Numbered from the stretch's first letter, positions 48,944 through 64,000 are shown. The stretch: DNA of 64,000 bases from Utricularia gibba (GCA_002189035.1 NEEC01000002.1:2356001-2420000), one strand, 5' to 3'. Made by a program: numbers and translations. Notes: generated by a model from the sequence alone, not told the origin.

Positions 48944-50300
48944 ATGGCGTTATCTCCTGCGATTTTGCGTTCTTAGGGAGCCAGGTCTTCTGTTCAATAG
49001 CCCTCCGTCAATGTGTGTCGACACGGCAGAATCGGATTGACGGTCAGAGCTTCTTCGTCTGTTTTTCCTTGTGGAGAAAGCCGAAGCCGAGAAAGTCCAC
49101 CGACTGGAAGCAGCTTCTACGGTGTTTTTTCATGAGTTGCAGAGCGCTCAGAATGCCAAGGGTTTGGAAGCAGCAATGAACGATATGGCTCTCATTTCGG
49201 GCGGAGGCCGGTTAAGACTAGAGCTAGGAAAGGCATTGCATCAGGCCAGCAGATGGGAATTGCAGTCGCTCTCAAGAGGAAATGTGAGTTTGTGTCAACT
49301 CCTGGCCTTTTCATTACCTCTCATGGCTATTTTAAATGTAAGCATTTCTGAGTGATTGCAAATACATTAATATAAGATTGTTCAGGTCAGTGTGAACAAA
49401 CTAGAATTACCATTGGTGGTTTTCCATGTAGCCTGTTATTTCGTGAGATGTATATATCAGAGTTGTGGAATACCATGAACATATGATTGTTGGATGCCTT
49501 TTCCTAGACTATGCAGTGGTATTTTATATTTTGGACAAGTTACGATGAATGAAAACATTCCGGGTTTCCTTTGGCGTAAACAGGTGATGTACTCTTTTTC
49601 TTGGCCTGATCAACTTGGGACTTCCCAGAACAAGAGATTTTCAAAGGGTGAATCCAACAGCTTTGATGGTAACGAGCTACAGCATTGCCTTTTTCGCCAT
49701 CAAACAGTGTTCCCAGAACTAAGCTTTGACGTTCTTGGGAAGCCTAGAGGAATGGATGCTTGCAAGCACAGAAATTTGAGGCCAGAAACTGCTGGTCCTG
49801 ATGGGAATATCCTTCAGAGAAGGTGGTGGCCCCTCTGCTGTGATGAAGACGGGGAAGATGAAGTCCCATCATTTTGACTCAAATCTAGATCAACACAAAT
49901 AACCAAGAAGTAGCAGTTGCAAAGGTCAGATCCAGGCCTATTCCCTTTGTTTCCTAGGTTCCTTGCTATTTTGCCATCACACCATATCTCCGTGCATTGC
50001 TTTAGAAAGGTCTCCATCCAGAACACTATTTGATGAAATTCCGGTGGGAATCTGTGGGTGGACAACAAAAGATGGGGAGGTCACCCCTCGTGAAGCGGTA
50101 GGTGGCCCGTCAGGGATAGTGCTTCACGGGTGCGGTACCAAACAAGCGCAGTTCCCCTGTCTCCTACTCTAGAGAATTGGGATCTCAAGCCTGCAATTGT
50201 TGCGTTCATGCCATTAAGATTTTACTGCATTGGGGTGGAAGGAGGATGCAACAGTCTCACTGCCCTATTTCATGATCCATTTTCATCCCCTGGATTCTGA
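48944..50300 (+). pseudogene. Decayed multi-exon gene; the product had a plastid-transit-peptide-like N-terminus; family not assigned
   Basis: Frame from ATG 48944: MALSPAILRS*GARSSVQ*...GLTVRASSS...FYGVFS*..., with in-frame stops at 48974, 48998 and 49133. Further protein-like blocks with stops: MVTSYSIAFFAIKQCSQN*ALTFLGSLEEWMLASTEI*GQKLLVLMG and GHPS*SGRWPVRDSASRVRYQTSAVPLSPTLENW...CIGVEGGCN. Confidence 0.65.
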
Positions 50301-50684
50301 CTGAGACCAACATGAAAGAAATATTAGGTATTGAATAATCTTTGGAAAAGGTTGCGCCCACTCACATGCGCATGATGCCGAGTTACCCGCTAGTGCTGAG
50401 TGGGAGCATACCAGAAGAAGGCCTAACTCCTAAGAGACCCACTCAGGGATGAAAATGCTTGTTGGTGGTAGGGCGAGACTTGAGTGATGAATTGTGGGTC
50501 CAACCACAAACGGACCTTCCCAAGAGTACACGAGTAACGCCAATGGATGCGGCTGGCCATCAGTCGGTTTCTTTATATAGTGCCTGCACTTCCCGTGAGC
50601 CACCAATTTCTTCTGAATGTACGGCTCCCTCTCTCATTCTCTGGTGCTGATTCTGTGAGGGCTTCATCTCATTCCCGGGAGAAG

Positions 50685-52376
50685 ATGAAGGCCCTTTTGC
50701 TGCTTGTGTTGGTTCTGGGACTGGGACAAATGGCATGCAGCCAAGGCAGAATCCTGGATGAATCATACGTAGGATACTCCGCGATCAGCTGCAGATCCTA
50801 CAGTGCTTCGATCCTTGATTTTGGAGGGGTGGGTGATGGGGAGACACTCAACACAGCCGCTTTTCAAGCAGCGGTTAATCATCTCAGCCATTATGCTTCC
50901 GATGGAGGGGCTCAACTTTTCGTCCCTGCCGGGAAATGGCTCACCGGAAGTTTCAATCTCACCAGCCATTTCACACTTTTCCTACACAGTGACGCTGTTC
51001 TCCTTGCTTCCCAGGTAGACAGCCATCTTGCTTTTATTGATATTGTCCGCTTTTCCTGTTAGATTGTAGCCGATGAATTGATGACAGGACGTGGACTCTT
51101 GGCCTGTTGTGGATCCATTGCCGTCCTACGGTCGTGGAAGAGATGCACCTGGTGGGAGATACGTGAGCCTTCTCTTTGGAACCAATCTCACCGATGTTGT
51201 CATCACAGGTAGCAAAGACTCCATCTTTCTTCTCTGCAATACAACAAAATCTGATAATGGATTGTCATAAGGTGACAATGGAACAATTGATGGACAAGGG
51301 CAGCTATGGTGGGATCAATTCCACAGCAAAAAGCTGCAGTACACAAGACCTTACCTCATAGAACTCATGCATTCTGAAAACATACAGATTTCCAATCTAA
51401 CTCTGGTGAATTCTCCGTCATGGAATGTGCATCCTGTGTACTGCAGGTTTGTGATCGTAAATCCCCATTGTTCTTTGTTCATATTGAGAGAAAAGTTACA
51501 GTTGTGTTGATTCTGCAGCAATGTAATCATTCGAGGGCTCACCATCCTGGCTCCGGTAACATCTCCGAACACAGATGGGATCAACCCAGGTAACCGGATT
51601 CAAGAGAATCAGTCAATTCCAAGTACCAAAAAAGCTCTGTTTATGATCTGATTTCAAAAACAGATTCCTGCTCAAACACCAGGGTTGAGGATAATTACAT
51701 AGTCTCCGGCGACGACTGCATCGCCGTGAAAAGCGGCTGGGACGAATACGGCATCAACTACGGAATGCCCACTAAGCAACTCATTATCCGGAGGCTTACA
51801 TGTATTTCCCCTTTCAGCGCTGCGATCGCACTCGGGAGTGAAATGTCCGGCGGGATCCAGGATGTCCGGGCACAGGATATCACCGCCATAAACACTGAAT
51901 CCGCCGTAAGAATCAAGACCGCCGTCGGAAGAGGAGGATACGTAAAGGATATCTTTGTGAAGGGCATGACTCTGCATACGATGAAATGGGTGTTTTGGAT
52001 CACCGGAAACTACGGATCTCACGCCGACGACAACTACGACCCCAATGCTTTGCCGGAGATAAGCGGGATAAACTACAGAGACGTAGTGGCGGAGAACGTG
52101 TCCATGGCAGCGAGACTGGAGGGGATCCCCGGCGATCCGTTTACGAGGATTTGCATATCGAATGTGACGATTTCCATGGCACCCAAAGCCAAGAAGTATC
52201 CATGGAACTGCAGCAATGTGGAAGGATTCTCCAGAAACGTGAACCCGCCGCCGTGCGATCTTCTGCCGGAGCAGAGCTACACTGATGATGGGATGTGCGA
52301 TACCCCGTCGGAAAACTTAGCCGTCGAGGGCATGGTGTTGCAGACATGTTCCGTCGCTCTTAAAAAAAACTTTTGA
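50685..52376 (+). CDS. Probable polygalacturonase (GH28, pectin lyase-like), secreted, 5 exons, intact
   Basis: Signal peptide, DFGGVGDG.TLNT.AF, GKWLTGSFNLTSH, NSPSWNVHPVYC, SPNTDGINPDS, GDDCIAVKSGWD, GSEMSGG and RIKTAVGRGG. Confidence 0.93.
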
Positions 52377-52603
52377 ATTCTCTTCCCATGCCGTCTTCCA
52401 TTGGGCCCGCCTGTTTTCCTTATTACTTATCAGCCCCAAAATCTTCCAATATCATTGTTTCGCCCCAAAAGCTTCTCTTATTTGTAGATGTAACCATATA
52501 ATCTTACAAAACAGCACAGAGAACACAAAGATGATGCAGTGAAGAAGAAGCTCAGTTGCTTCTTGAGTTCCATTTCCTTCAAGCCCTACCATTTAACCTG
52601 CAC

Positions 52604-54620
<2,017 letters not shown>

Positions 54621-55286
54621 GGGGGAAGTTCAAACCACTAAACCAATGAAAAAAACCAAAAATCCTCGTCAACCCAGTTGAAAAATGAAGTATTGATCTG
54701 GGTTTTTGAAGTTATCTGAGCAGGAGAGCTCTCAAGACCTTTCTGGCTCAGGGGTTGTCGTCTTTCTGGAGAAAAGGAAAGAAAGTGGACATTTCGCTTG
54801 TGAAATAACTTTAGATTAGATGAAACTGGAATACCTCAAAGAATACCCGTGAAAAAAATTGACTTTCATCAGCTTCCAGTTCACCCTCCATAAACCATCA
54901 CAGTCATCCATAGCTTTTTTTAACCAGTTTTTCCCTTTTCCCTGAAAAGAAGGGCAGGTTGTGGATCCGAACTCCAGAAAAGTTCAGGAGGGACGTGTGG
55001 TGCTAATTTTGTCGACAGAAGAAATAATTAAATTTAATTGTTGGCCGTTGACCGAAGTCGTCTTACTACAAAAAGTAGGAACAAACAGGTGTCGTGGTTT
55101 CCGTCGCCATAGGCGGCAACAAAAACCAGAATCCATGGAGCTCGAAGCGTCCAGTCACGAACATTGCCCCGAAAATCTGCAGCAATTTCACCGAAAATTG
55201 AAGGCCTTAAACCAGATCATGCAAGAGGCGGAGCATTGGGAAGCAATGGCTCACCCTCTCCTTCATCGGGGCGCGGGTTCGTCTCC

Positions 55287-57335
55287 ATGGAAGTTGAAAA
55301 ATTCGGATCCTCCGACGAAAGTCCGATGCTGCACGACGCTCCTTCCTCCCTGCTCGTCGGCACGGAGGAGGGCGATTACGCGCAACCGCAGACATTTTGG
55401 GACGCCTTGACTGTGCTCCACGTCGAGTCTCTCAAGCTATGGGCTATTGCGATTCCTATCGCTTTCAATATTATCTGTAACTACGGTATCAATTCTTTCA
55501 CGAGCATTTTTGTTGGGCATATTGGAGATATTGAGCTTTCTGGGGTCTCCATTTCGTTATCTGTGATCGCTAACTTATCCTTTGGATTCTTGGTTAGTTT
55601 CGATTCTGTGAATATTTCATTTTTTCTTCTTCCCAGTTCCCTGTTTAAATTGTAACACTTTTGTTCACCGATTTGCAGTTAGGTATGGGTAGTGCGTTGG
55701 AAACGTTATGTGGGCAGGCGTTTGGAGCTGGAGAAGTGGAAATGCTGGGGATTTACATGCAAAGATCATGGATTATCCTTGCAACGACTTGTGTTTTTTT
55801 GTTGCCTCTTTACATTTTTTCAGCACAGTTTTTGAAGATTTTAGGACAGAGGGATGATTTAGCTGATATAGCAGGGACATTTTCAATGTATATCATCCCT
55901 CAGATGTTTTCGTTGGCTATAAACTTCCCATCACAGAAGTTTTTGCAAGCACAGAGAAAAGTGGCTATTCTAGCTTGGGTTGGATTCGTAGCTTTAGTTG
56001 GTCACATTGGTTTTCTCTTTGTGTTTGTGAACATCTTTAACTGGGGTCTCCCTGGGGCAGCGGCAGCCTATAACATTTCTGCTTGGGGAATCACATTGGC
56101 TCAGGTGGTTTATATTGTTGGCTGGTGCCAAGATAGCTGGGGTGGCATTTCCATTCGAGCTTTTCATGATCTATGGCCGTTCTTTAAGCTTTCATTGGCG
56201 TCGGCAATCATGCTTTGCTTGGAGATTTGGTACTTCATGAGCATCATCGTCCTCACAGGGCATCTTGAGGAACCTGTGCTTGCCGTTGGATCCCTTTCCA
56301 TATGGTAAAATATTGACTTGCTGAACTCTTTTTCTTCATGATCTATTCTTCCTGATAGAACTAACTTTTCACAGCATGAATTTGAATGGATGGGAAGGAA
56401 TGATATTCATTGGAGTCAATGCAGCAATAAGGTAGGATCAACGACAACTAGTGATACATTAATCTTCTATGCTAGGCCTTTCAAATTGACAAGTGAAGCA
56501 CCTCTCACACATGTGTTCTAGTGTCCGCGTATCAAATGAGCTTGGATCAGGGCACCCGAGAGCAGCCAAGTATTCAGTTTATGTAACCGTGATCGAATCC
56601 CTCTTCATCGGACTCATGAGCATGCTGATTATAATCGCAACAAGGGATGATTTTGCCATCATCTTCACTGACAGCAAGCCTATGCAAAGAGCAGTGTCTG
56701 ACTTGGCATATCTTCTTGCCATCACCATGGTCCTAAACAGCATTCAACCGGTCATATCAGGTGCACTCGTACTCATCACCAAATAGTGCTCAGTTCTAGT
56801 TCTAGCACCAAACATCTTTCCAATTCTTGGAACCAAGAAACCATTTATCAACTGTACTGAAAAGTGTGAAATCTAGCTGCAGGAGTTGCTGTAGGAGGAG
56901 GATGGCAAGGCCTTGTGGCGTACATCAATCTCATATGCTATTACATTATCGGTCTCCCAACCGGGTTTCTTCTCGGTCACAAGGCAACATTAGGAGTCCA
57001 GGTAACATCTACAAAACTTCAATCTACATACAGTTCATCCACATGATTTCTCATCCACTCCCTGCAGGGGATCTGGATTGGAATGATATTCGGAACGTTT
57101 CTGCAAACCTTGATTCTGCTATACATCGTCTTGAAGACCAACTGGAATGAGGAGGTAATGCAGCCTCTTCCCTTCACTTTGTTCACTGCAAACACACCAT
57201 ACAAACGCTTACAGTTTGTGGGTTTCACACTGCCCTTCCATTAACATGAGCACAGTCAAGTGATACAACCCAATGGTGGATTTGCAGGTGGAACAGGCAT
57301 CACAGAGAATGAAGAGTTGGGCTACTCCCTCTTGA
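55287..57335 (+). CDS. DTX34: MATE transporter, DTX34/DTX35-like, 7 exons; true start may be ATG 55135
   Basis: KLWAIAIPIAFNIICNYGINSFTSIFVGHIGDIELS, LGMGSALETLCGQAFGAG, LASAIMLCLEIWY, VRVSNELGSGHPRAAKYS, QPVISGVAVGGGWQ and TNWNEEVEQA..RM..W. Confidence 0.92.
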
Positions 57336-57358
57336 CTCCCAAAATTTTATATATTATA

Positions 57359-57382
57359 AATAATAATAATAATAATAATAAT
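57359..57382 (+). repeat. (AAT)8 microsatellite in the MATE 3' UTR
   Basis: aataataataataataataataat, seen directly, 23 nt after the stop codon. Confidence 0.9.
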
Positions 57383-57890
57383 ACGAAAAAAAAGACACGT
57401 ATAGATACGTAGGATAGGTTACATTTAGACACTTTATTGCAATATGTCCTTTTCAAATTATGGAATCTTACAGGCCACTTGAACTGCTAGATTTTTTGGT
57501 CTAAACCCTAAAGAGTACTTTTTTAAAATCTAAAAAAATATGCATAAAGATTTTTTTTTTTACTTTAAAAAAAAGGTATTGTGAATTTTGATAATAAATA
57601 AATGATATTTTTATTGTGAAAGATGTTGTGAGGTAAAAAAGAGGATGGACGCTGGGAAAAGGATGCAGAACTGCACAGTAAAGGCATTGGCTTCATAATT
57701 GGGACAATGCATTTGTGGGAGATACGGGGCCTTATGGTAATAAAGGTTGCCTTGATCACACCCGGACGCAATTCCTTTGCCCATTTGCTTCTTCTCTCTA
57801 CATTTGGAGTGTGTTGTTGGAGCAGCTTTCAAGGCTCCAGATTCTTCCGGCGGTAGGCGCTTCTTCTGGAGATCCACTAGCGAATTGACC

Positions 57891-59269
57891 ATGTCTTCCC
57901 CGAGCAAGAGGCGTGAGATGGATTTGATGAAACTGTAAAAAAAATTGCTCCTTTTTCTTTTCTGGGCGTCTCCTAATTTGGAGTTGTGTTCCTGTTTCTG
58001 TGTCAAGTTCTTTCTTTTGCGTCGTCCCTCTATGGGGATGTGGTTAAATCTTAGTTTTCGTGATGTAGGATGATGAGTGATTACAAGGTTGAGATGATCG
58101 GTGATGGCATCCAAGAGTTCTATGTCCATTTCCATGGACCCAACGATAGTAAACATCGGCTGCAATTTTTTTTCTTCTGTTCTTAAGATAAATGTAAACT
58201 GTGCAGCGTTTGGGAAGGTGCTTTTGTTCTTGTTTTCCCCTTTTGTAGGTCTCCTTCTAAATCAGATTCTTTTGATAGAGCGGGGTTTCCTTTAAGTTGT
58301 TATATGGTTCTTCTTTTTTGGACAAACTCGTGCCCAGCATCATCTTTTGCGAATTTCATTCACAGAAATCGAAAGGAGGCATTTTCCCTGGAATCTTCGT
58401 GAGACTGGTTGATGTCTCATGTGGATTCGAAGTCATATATGATCTTTTATCTCTTCTTTGTCGACCTCTGCTTTATGAAATCCTTTTCTGTGTCGACGAC
58501 ACAGTTTCCATAATCTTTTCTGCTTAATGTTTTCTTTTCAGGCCCCTATCATGGTGGGGTATGGAAAGTAAGGGTGGAGCTTCCTGATGCTTATCCTTAC
58601 AAGTCCCCATCCATAGGATTCATCAATAAGATCTATCATCCTAACGTTGACGAGATGTGAGCTTATTCCTCTGAGAGTTTTATTTACTCGTGTTACCATG
58701 TCTTGATTTTGTACTTGTTTGTCTCCTTTAAAATGCAGGTCTGGATCTGTCTGCTTGGATGTGATTAACCAGACGTGGAGTCCAATGTTCGGTATGGCTA
58801 CAGTAGAATTCATTTCCTTAAACTTATACTCAAAATGACCTTCTGGTAATTGAACAGACCTGGTGAATGTGTTTGAGGTTTTCATGCCTCAACTTCTTTT
58901 ATATCCTAATCCATCTGACCCCTTGAACGGGGAGGCTGCAGCTCTGATGATGCGTGACCGAACTGCATATGAAGAAAGAGTTAAAGGTAAGTTATTTAAC
59001 CTCTACTGCACGACTGCTTTGTTGTGACATTATCTTAGAGTTGTGGAAGTAAATGAAAATGAAGAAGTGCTGCGAATGATGTTTTTTCCATGCCCATTGA
59101 TCAATCTGAGAGTGCTGATGAAATGTTGTGTGTATCAGAGTACTGTCAAAAATATGCAAAGCCAGAAGATGTTGGTGCTGCCCCCGAAGAAAATGCTAGT
59201 GATGAAGAGATCAGCGAGGATGAATACGACTCTGGCAATGACGCCATCGTTGGGGAAGCAGATCCATGA
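57891..59269 (+). CDS. UBC5: Ubiquitin-conjugating enzyme E2, UBC4/5/6 group, 6 exons, intact
   Basis: [15 protein letters not shown]|MMSDYKVE..., [49 protein letters not shown] (catalytic Cys), [18 protein letters not shown], and an acidic tail. Confidence 0.95.
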
Positions 59270-59725
59270 CAGTGTATGCAGATCACTCCAGCAACGAATC
59301 TGGTTCATGTACATTACTTTCAAATGATTTCTATTTATCTGCACTAACTGTTGCAAGTATAATCGGGATGGAATCTGATTCTCCGCTTGTAACTCCCTGA
59401 AGAAACTGGGAGTAGAAAACTCTAAAAATTACCCCCAGTTTCACCTGTAACAAATGCATCATGTACTTGCCTATCTCCAAGATCAATCTCAAGAAAATAT
59501 CATTGTTGAACTGTTAAGTTTTGGTTTGGAATGACAGCTATGTGCATGGAAGGAATCCAAAACAATGATTTCTTCTTTCTTTTTAACTGCACAACTAGCA
59601 ACAGAATTTTCATTAAGACATCACAAGATTTTCATCACGAATATCACCTACAAAGAACAAGACCTCTACAAGGAAGTGCGGTCTAACTTTAGATTTGGTT
59701 TTGGTTTGCATCTCGTACAGGGTAT

Positions 59726-62700
59726 TCAATAATGGCTTGGCCGTCGTCTACCAGAATCAGTCCTCATTCTCTTCACAGGATTTGCCCATCCCGCAGAGCC
59801 CCCTGTGCTGCTACCTTGTTGGGGTGGGACAACATTCCACCCTTGCACTGCAGCACTCTGGTTTCCTGATCCTACCACATCCTTGGTGCCCTGAGTTCTA
59901 ACGTTTCGATTAAGCCCAGTCGAGGAAAGGGTGCTAACTGATCCCATTCCGGCTTTGAGAGGCAACTTTTCACGGTCTTTCCTCTTCTTTTTGCAAACAA
60001 CAAGTTCACCAGGATGTGTGAAGGGAGGGCTGGCTGCATCCTGTTGTGTTGGCACCCGGTTTCCAAACTTTGATTCCCTCTGAGATGTTTGAACAGGAAA
60101 TCGGGTTTGTGGCCTGGGGAAACCAATATCACAGTTGTCGGTCTCCATTTCCTTGACTGACTTTTGACGCTTGCTTGATCCGGGTAGTGATCGCTTTGAA
60201 GAGCCAGGGCCACCAGTGTTGCCTACTGAACTGAAGAACGAAAGGGAATTCTTGGCTTCTCTAAAGTCGGTGTCAGGGAATGCAATATACAGTATATCAA
60301 AAAAGAGGTCATGAACTTTCTTCGCCTCGTCTCTAACCTGCATGTTAACAATGAAATGCAATTAGCCATCTTATTTGGAAGCCATAAGTACCTTGTGGTT
60401 CGGTCCTAATCGCTGATCTCCATTAAAGAAAGGAATGCAAGGGCAACAAGAGATCAGAGCAATGGTTGAACCTCGTAGTTGTAGCCATAATGTTGCATGC
60501 CAGCTTTCAACATAAACTGCACATCTGATACGACATCCATGACTCCGTTGTACTCAAACTTGTCCAGACGGAAATGAATCTTTCTTAGATCAAGGAGGCT
60601 ATCTCCTGATACACCTGAATTCTCAATTCTTTTCCAGAGCTGGGTTAACAATGGAATTATTTGGTGGCCTTCATGATCAATTCTTCTCTGAAGTCGACCA
60701 ATGACGTTCTTGCACTGTAATGGGAGATAGACCAACAATGAGAAAGCTGTTAAACAAAACCTTACTGATAACTGATAAGGCATACGCAAAAGTGCTGCTT
60801 GAATAGCTGGTGGGTTGGCAGTCATGCGCATAAGGTTGAAAGCAACATCAAATAAACAAAAGAACCAAAAGCAATGCACCTTCCTCTGGATGATTTCCGA
60901 GATTTTAGCGGTTCCACTTTTTGGCACTTTTACTCCTCTGCTATCAAGACTTTCCATTGTGTGTTCAGTAACATCATCCGGGGGTTTGACCTGCAACTTA
61001 TTCTGCCAGATTTAAGTCCACCCGGGCTGATTGATGTAGTTTTCCTTGGTAAACTTCGTTTATTCTTGAAGGACGAATCATCCCTCTCTGATTTTGAAGA
61101 AATAGCATCACCATGAACTTTATTAGCATGGCCATCCCCTGCGAGGGATTTATATTTGTATTCAGAGTGGAACATCATTGGAGAAGGATCAACATGACGT
61201 GGTGGTGATATTTCACTGGGCTTCTCCTCCACTCTCTCAATAGTTTGCCGTGGCCGAAGGCGAATACTACGCTTGCGTCTTATCTTAGGCTGCACTACCT
61301 GTTCATCTTCCCCTTCATCACGATCACGGTTCCAGCTGCCAGAATGCTGCTGGTCAAACATAGACTCCCCAGAAATTGCAATCTCCCCTTCTTCTAAATC
61401 ATCAGACTGGAAAAGAGTAGCATATATGCATTATTGTGGAGTATATGGTTCAGTTATATAGACATAATTTGAGACAAGAACTGCAGGCATACCAATTTCT
61501 TCAAACGGGGGTTGGACCTACTGTCTAAAGCAGAGAGTGATCCAAACTTCTGAGATGACCCAGAAGGTGATACTACAGGCATCAATTTTCTACTGTGAGA
61601 AGAAGATCCAGATGATGCCGCTTCATCCACAATATTAGTGTTCCTTGTCCCCTGCAAAGTTCCTTGATATTCATAACCCTCGGCAGAAATAGGCCCTTCT
61701 TCTTCTGATTGATCTTTGTCATGGCGAGGTGCCTCACTGGAATCATCATCCTCTAATTCCCCCACTTCACCTTCTTGCACAGAATACCCATTTCTATCCT
61801 CAGAGCTCCCTTCAGAAAAATCTAAATTTTCTTCGTCCAACTCTGCATAGACTGGTGTTTTACGTTTAGGTCGCCCTCTCCTTCTCTCTGTCTCAGAAGC
61901 CACTTCAGTTGAATCGTCTCCAATACTCCCTGCATATAAGCCATTCCTTGATGGTTTCTTTGACAAATTAGCAATTGCAGTATTCACTTCTTTAGTACTC
62001 GCACGAAGCCAAGAGGGGACTTGATCGTATGAAGTCATGTCATCTATCCAGTCAAGTTCTTCATCCATTTGATCAAAAAGCTCTACTTCCTCCTCACTCC
62101 TAGCTATCATACGGTTCACTTGGTGAAGTGATGGGACATCATGAACAGTTTCTTGATATCTTTCTTCATCATGCAACAAAGTTTCTAAAGTTAGACGCCG
62201 CTCTTCATGTGTAGTTCGCTGATCAAACCTCCCTGCATTAATGACTTCATCAGCCATGTCAATCTTGTACTGCTGAATATTATTCCGAATCAAGCTCTCT
62301 ATAGAACCCACGTATCGGTCCTTTCCTGCAAGATCGTCATCTAAATCAACTCTCCCTCTTCTCCTAAACTCATCCTCTTTCTGGTGGCTCGAAATTTTGT
62401 CGACCACAGCTTCCATATAGATCACCTTCACCTCCCTTGTCTGCCCAATACGATGCGCTCGAGCAACTGCTTGTTCCTCATTTTTGGGGTTTGGATCTGG
62501 ATCATATATGATAACAGTGTCGGCAGACTGAAGATTAAGACCCCGCCCAGCAGCTCGGATGCTAAGCAAAAATATAAAGCAGTCTGTATCAGGATCGTTA
62601 AAATCAACTATAGCTGATTCACGGTCTTCCAGACTAGTCATTCCATCAATTCTTCTGAAGACAAGCCTCCGCCACTGCAAATACTCTTCGACTATGTCGA

Positions 62701-63345
62701 GGAGTTTGGTCATAGTGCTGAAGAGCAGTACCCTGTGTCTAGTTCTTTGAAGTTTAATCAATACCCTATTAAGAACCCACATTTTCCCACATGATCTCAC
62801 GAGAAAATCCTTTGACAAATCATTGAAATATGGATAATTGAGCAACGGATGATTGCAAGCTTTTCTCAACTCCATGCACCTATTGTTCAAAGTCTTGTAG
62901 ATTTTGGCCTGATAAATTGGATTCTTTTGAACCTTACGCTGTTCATCTTCAGGATCAACCCTAAGAGTGCCTGTAGCTTTAATCCAGTCATAAATGGCAC
63001 TCTGTATCGCAGACATTCGGCATTTCAAAACAATTGAAACCTGCACCCAAAAAATCTGTCAGTCCATGGCAATATTCATAATTGAGAAAAAATGAATCGT
63101 ACCTTTGGAGGAAGTGATCCTTCCACATCCTCAACCCGACGCCTAAGCATAAAAGGCTCCAGAATTTGATGTAGTCTATGAATAATAATTACTTTTTTCT
63201 CTGTCTCAAGCCAATCATCTTCAGCATTGTGTCCTGGCCCTTCCTTTTGAAAGGGCTGAGAGAACCAATCATGAAATACCTTTTTATTGTCAAAAACGTC
63301 TGGGAGCAACAAGTTCAGAAGTGACCATAGTTCCTTAAGATCGTT
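59726..63345 (-). CDS. BRM: SWI2/SNF2 chromatin remodeler BRAHMA, 3' part (5' part lies beyond 64000); one apparent 1-nt deletion
   Basis: NDLKELWSLLNLLLPDVF, helicase motifs (RVLLFSTMTKLLD, FIFLLSIRAAGRGLNLQSAD, QAVARAHRIGQ), SnAC (HDVPSLHQVNRMIARSEEE), AT-hook RRRGRP, bromodomain-like region, and C-terminal WANPVKRMRTDSGRRRPSH. Confidence 0.96.
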
Positions 63346-64000
63346 CTACAGATAAAATATAAGTCCCATAATCATCAGAACATGCACATGATAAACGCCT
63401 GATACAGCAAAATTAAAAACACAAGGCCAGAAAAAAATTAAATGGTAGAAAGTATTTAACCCACGAGCAAAAATGCAAATAATATTCCTACAGTTTCAGC
63501 GAAACGGTAGTCTTTATCCATCTGCACTGTGCTCAAAAACTCACAATGCTAGACTTTCAGAGCAAACATAAAGCTGCTGCTACAAAATGTCCCCGAGGCC
63601 ATCACCATTATAGGCTAATTCAAATACACTAATAAGCAAGATGCGTACTAGTTACAACAGGTTTCAAATGATGCACGAAAACACATCTGGATATTTAATC
63701 TAGAGACTGGACAAAGAAACTGCAGCAGTGTTCGCCGTCAAACATTATTTAGCATAAAACAATTATGTTATCATCATTCCATATAATAAAATTCAGCAGG
63801 ATCAGGCAATCATTCCAATCCGAAACCATAAGCACCCTTCTCTACCTCATTGAAGCTTACAGAATAAAATTTCTTTGAAAGACATTTGGTAATAGTGAAG
63901 CTTTAAATGAAGGTAGAAATAAATTAAAAAGTATATTTTCCAATAATAAGCCACATTACGAATACGTTTTTTCGTTTCAATACTAGATTTCCATAAATAG

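Noticed and set aside
57501-57512. CTAAACCCTAAA as a telomerase RNA template or interstitial telomere
   Set aside because: A single unit in AT-rich DNA with no Pol III promoter. It is better explained as an ordinary telo-box upstream of UBC; the same applies to AACCCTAA near 40312.

Overview
Gene-dense eudicot nuclear DNA, probably an asterid. About 21 protein-coding genes in 64 kb with mostly 70-130 nt introns, consistent with a very compact genome (inference only). Gene order: C-terminus of a GeBP/STOREKEEPER-like protein, small AT-hook-like protein, ABCG11, class I TCP (TCP7/21-like), ADH-like 6, PSY sulfated-peptide precursor (not captured by the ORF track), zinc-ribbon/RING-H2 E3, TITAN9, SMT1, RLF, TOP2, OBERON4, ARM-repeat protein, WRINKLED1, CDK-like kinase, TFIIE-beta, GH28 polygalacturonase, group B MAPK, MATE (DTX34/35-like), UBC4/5/6, and the 3' part of BRAHMA. 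Also present: a non-autonomous hAT element with TIRs and an 8-bp TSD, a decayed Ty1/copia gag remnant, an NF-YC pseudogene, a second stop-riddled pseudogene, and an unexplained multi-intron unit upstream of the ARM gene. The most striking window-wide pattern is about 10-12 apparent single-base deletions, mostly in short G/C runs, in otherwise intact conserved genes. This is most likely long-read assembly error but is easy to test. I found no tRNA, rRNA or CRISPR features. Family assignments come from my recognition of motifs, not from database searches.
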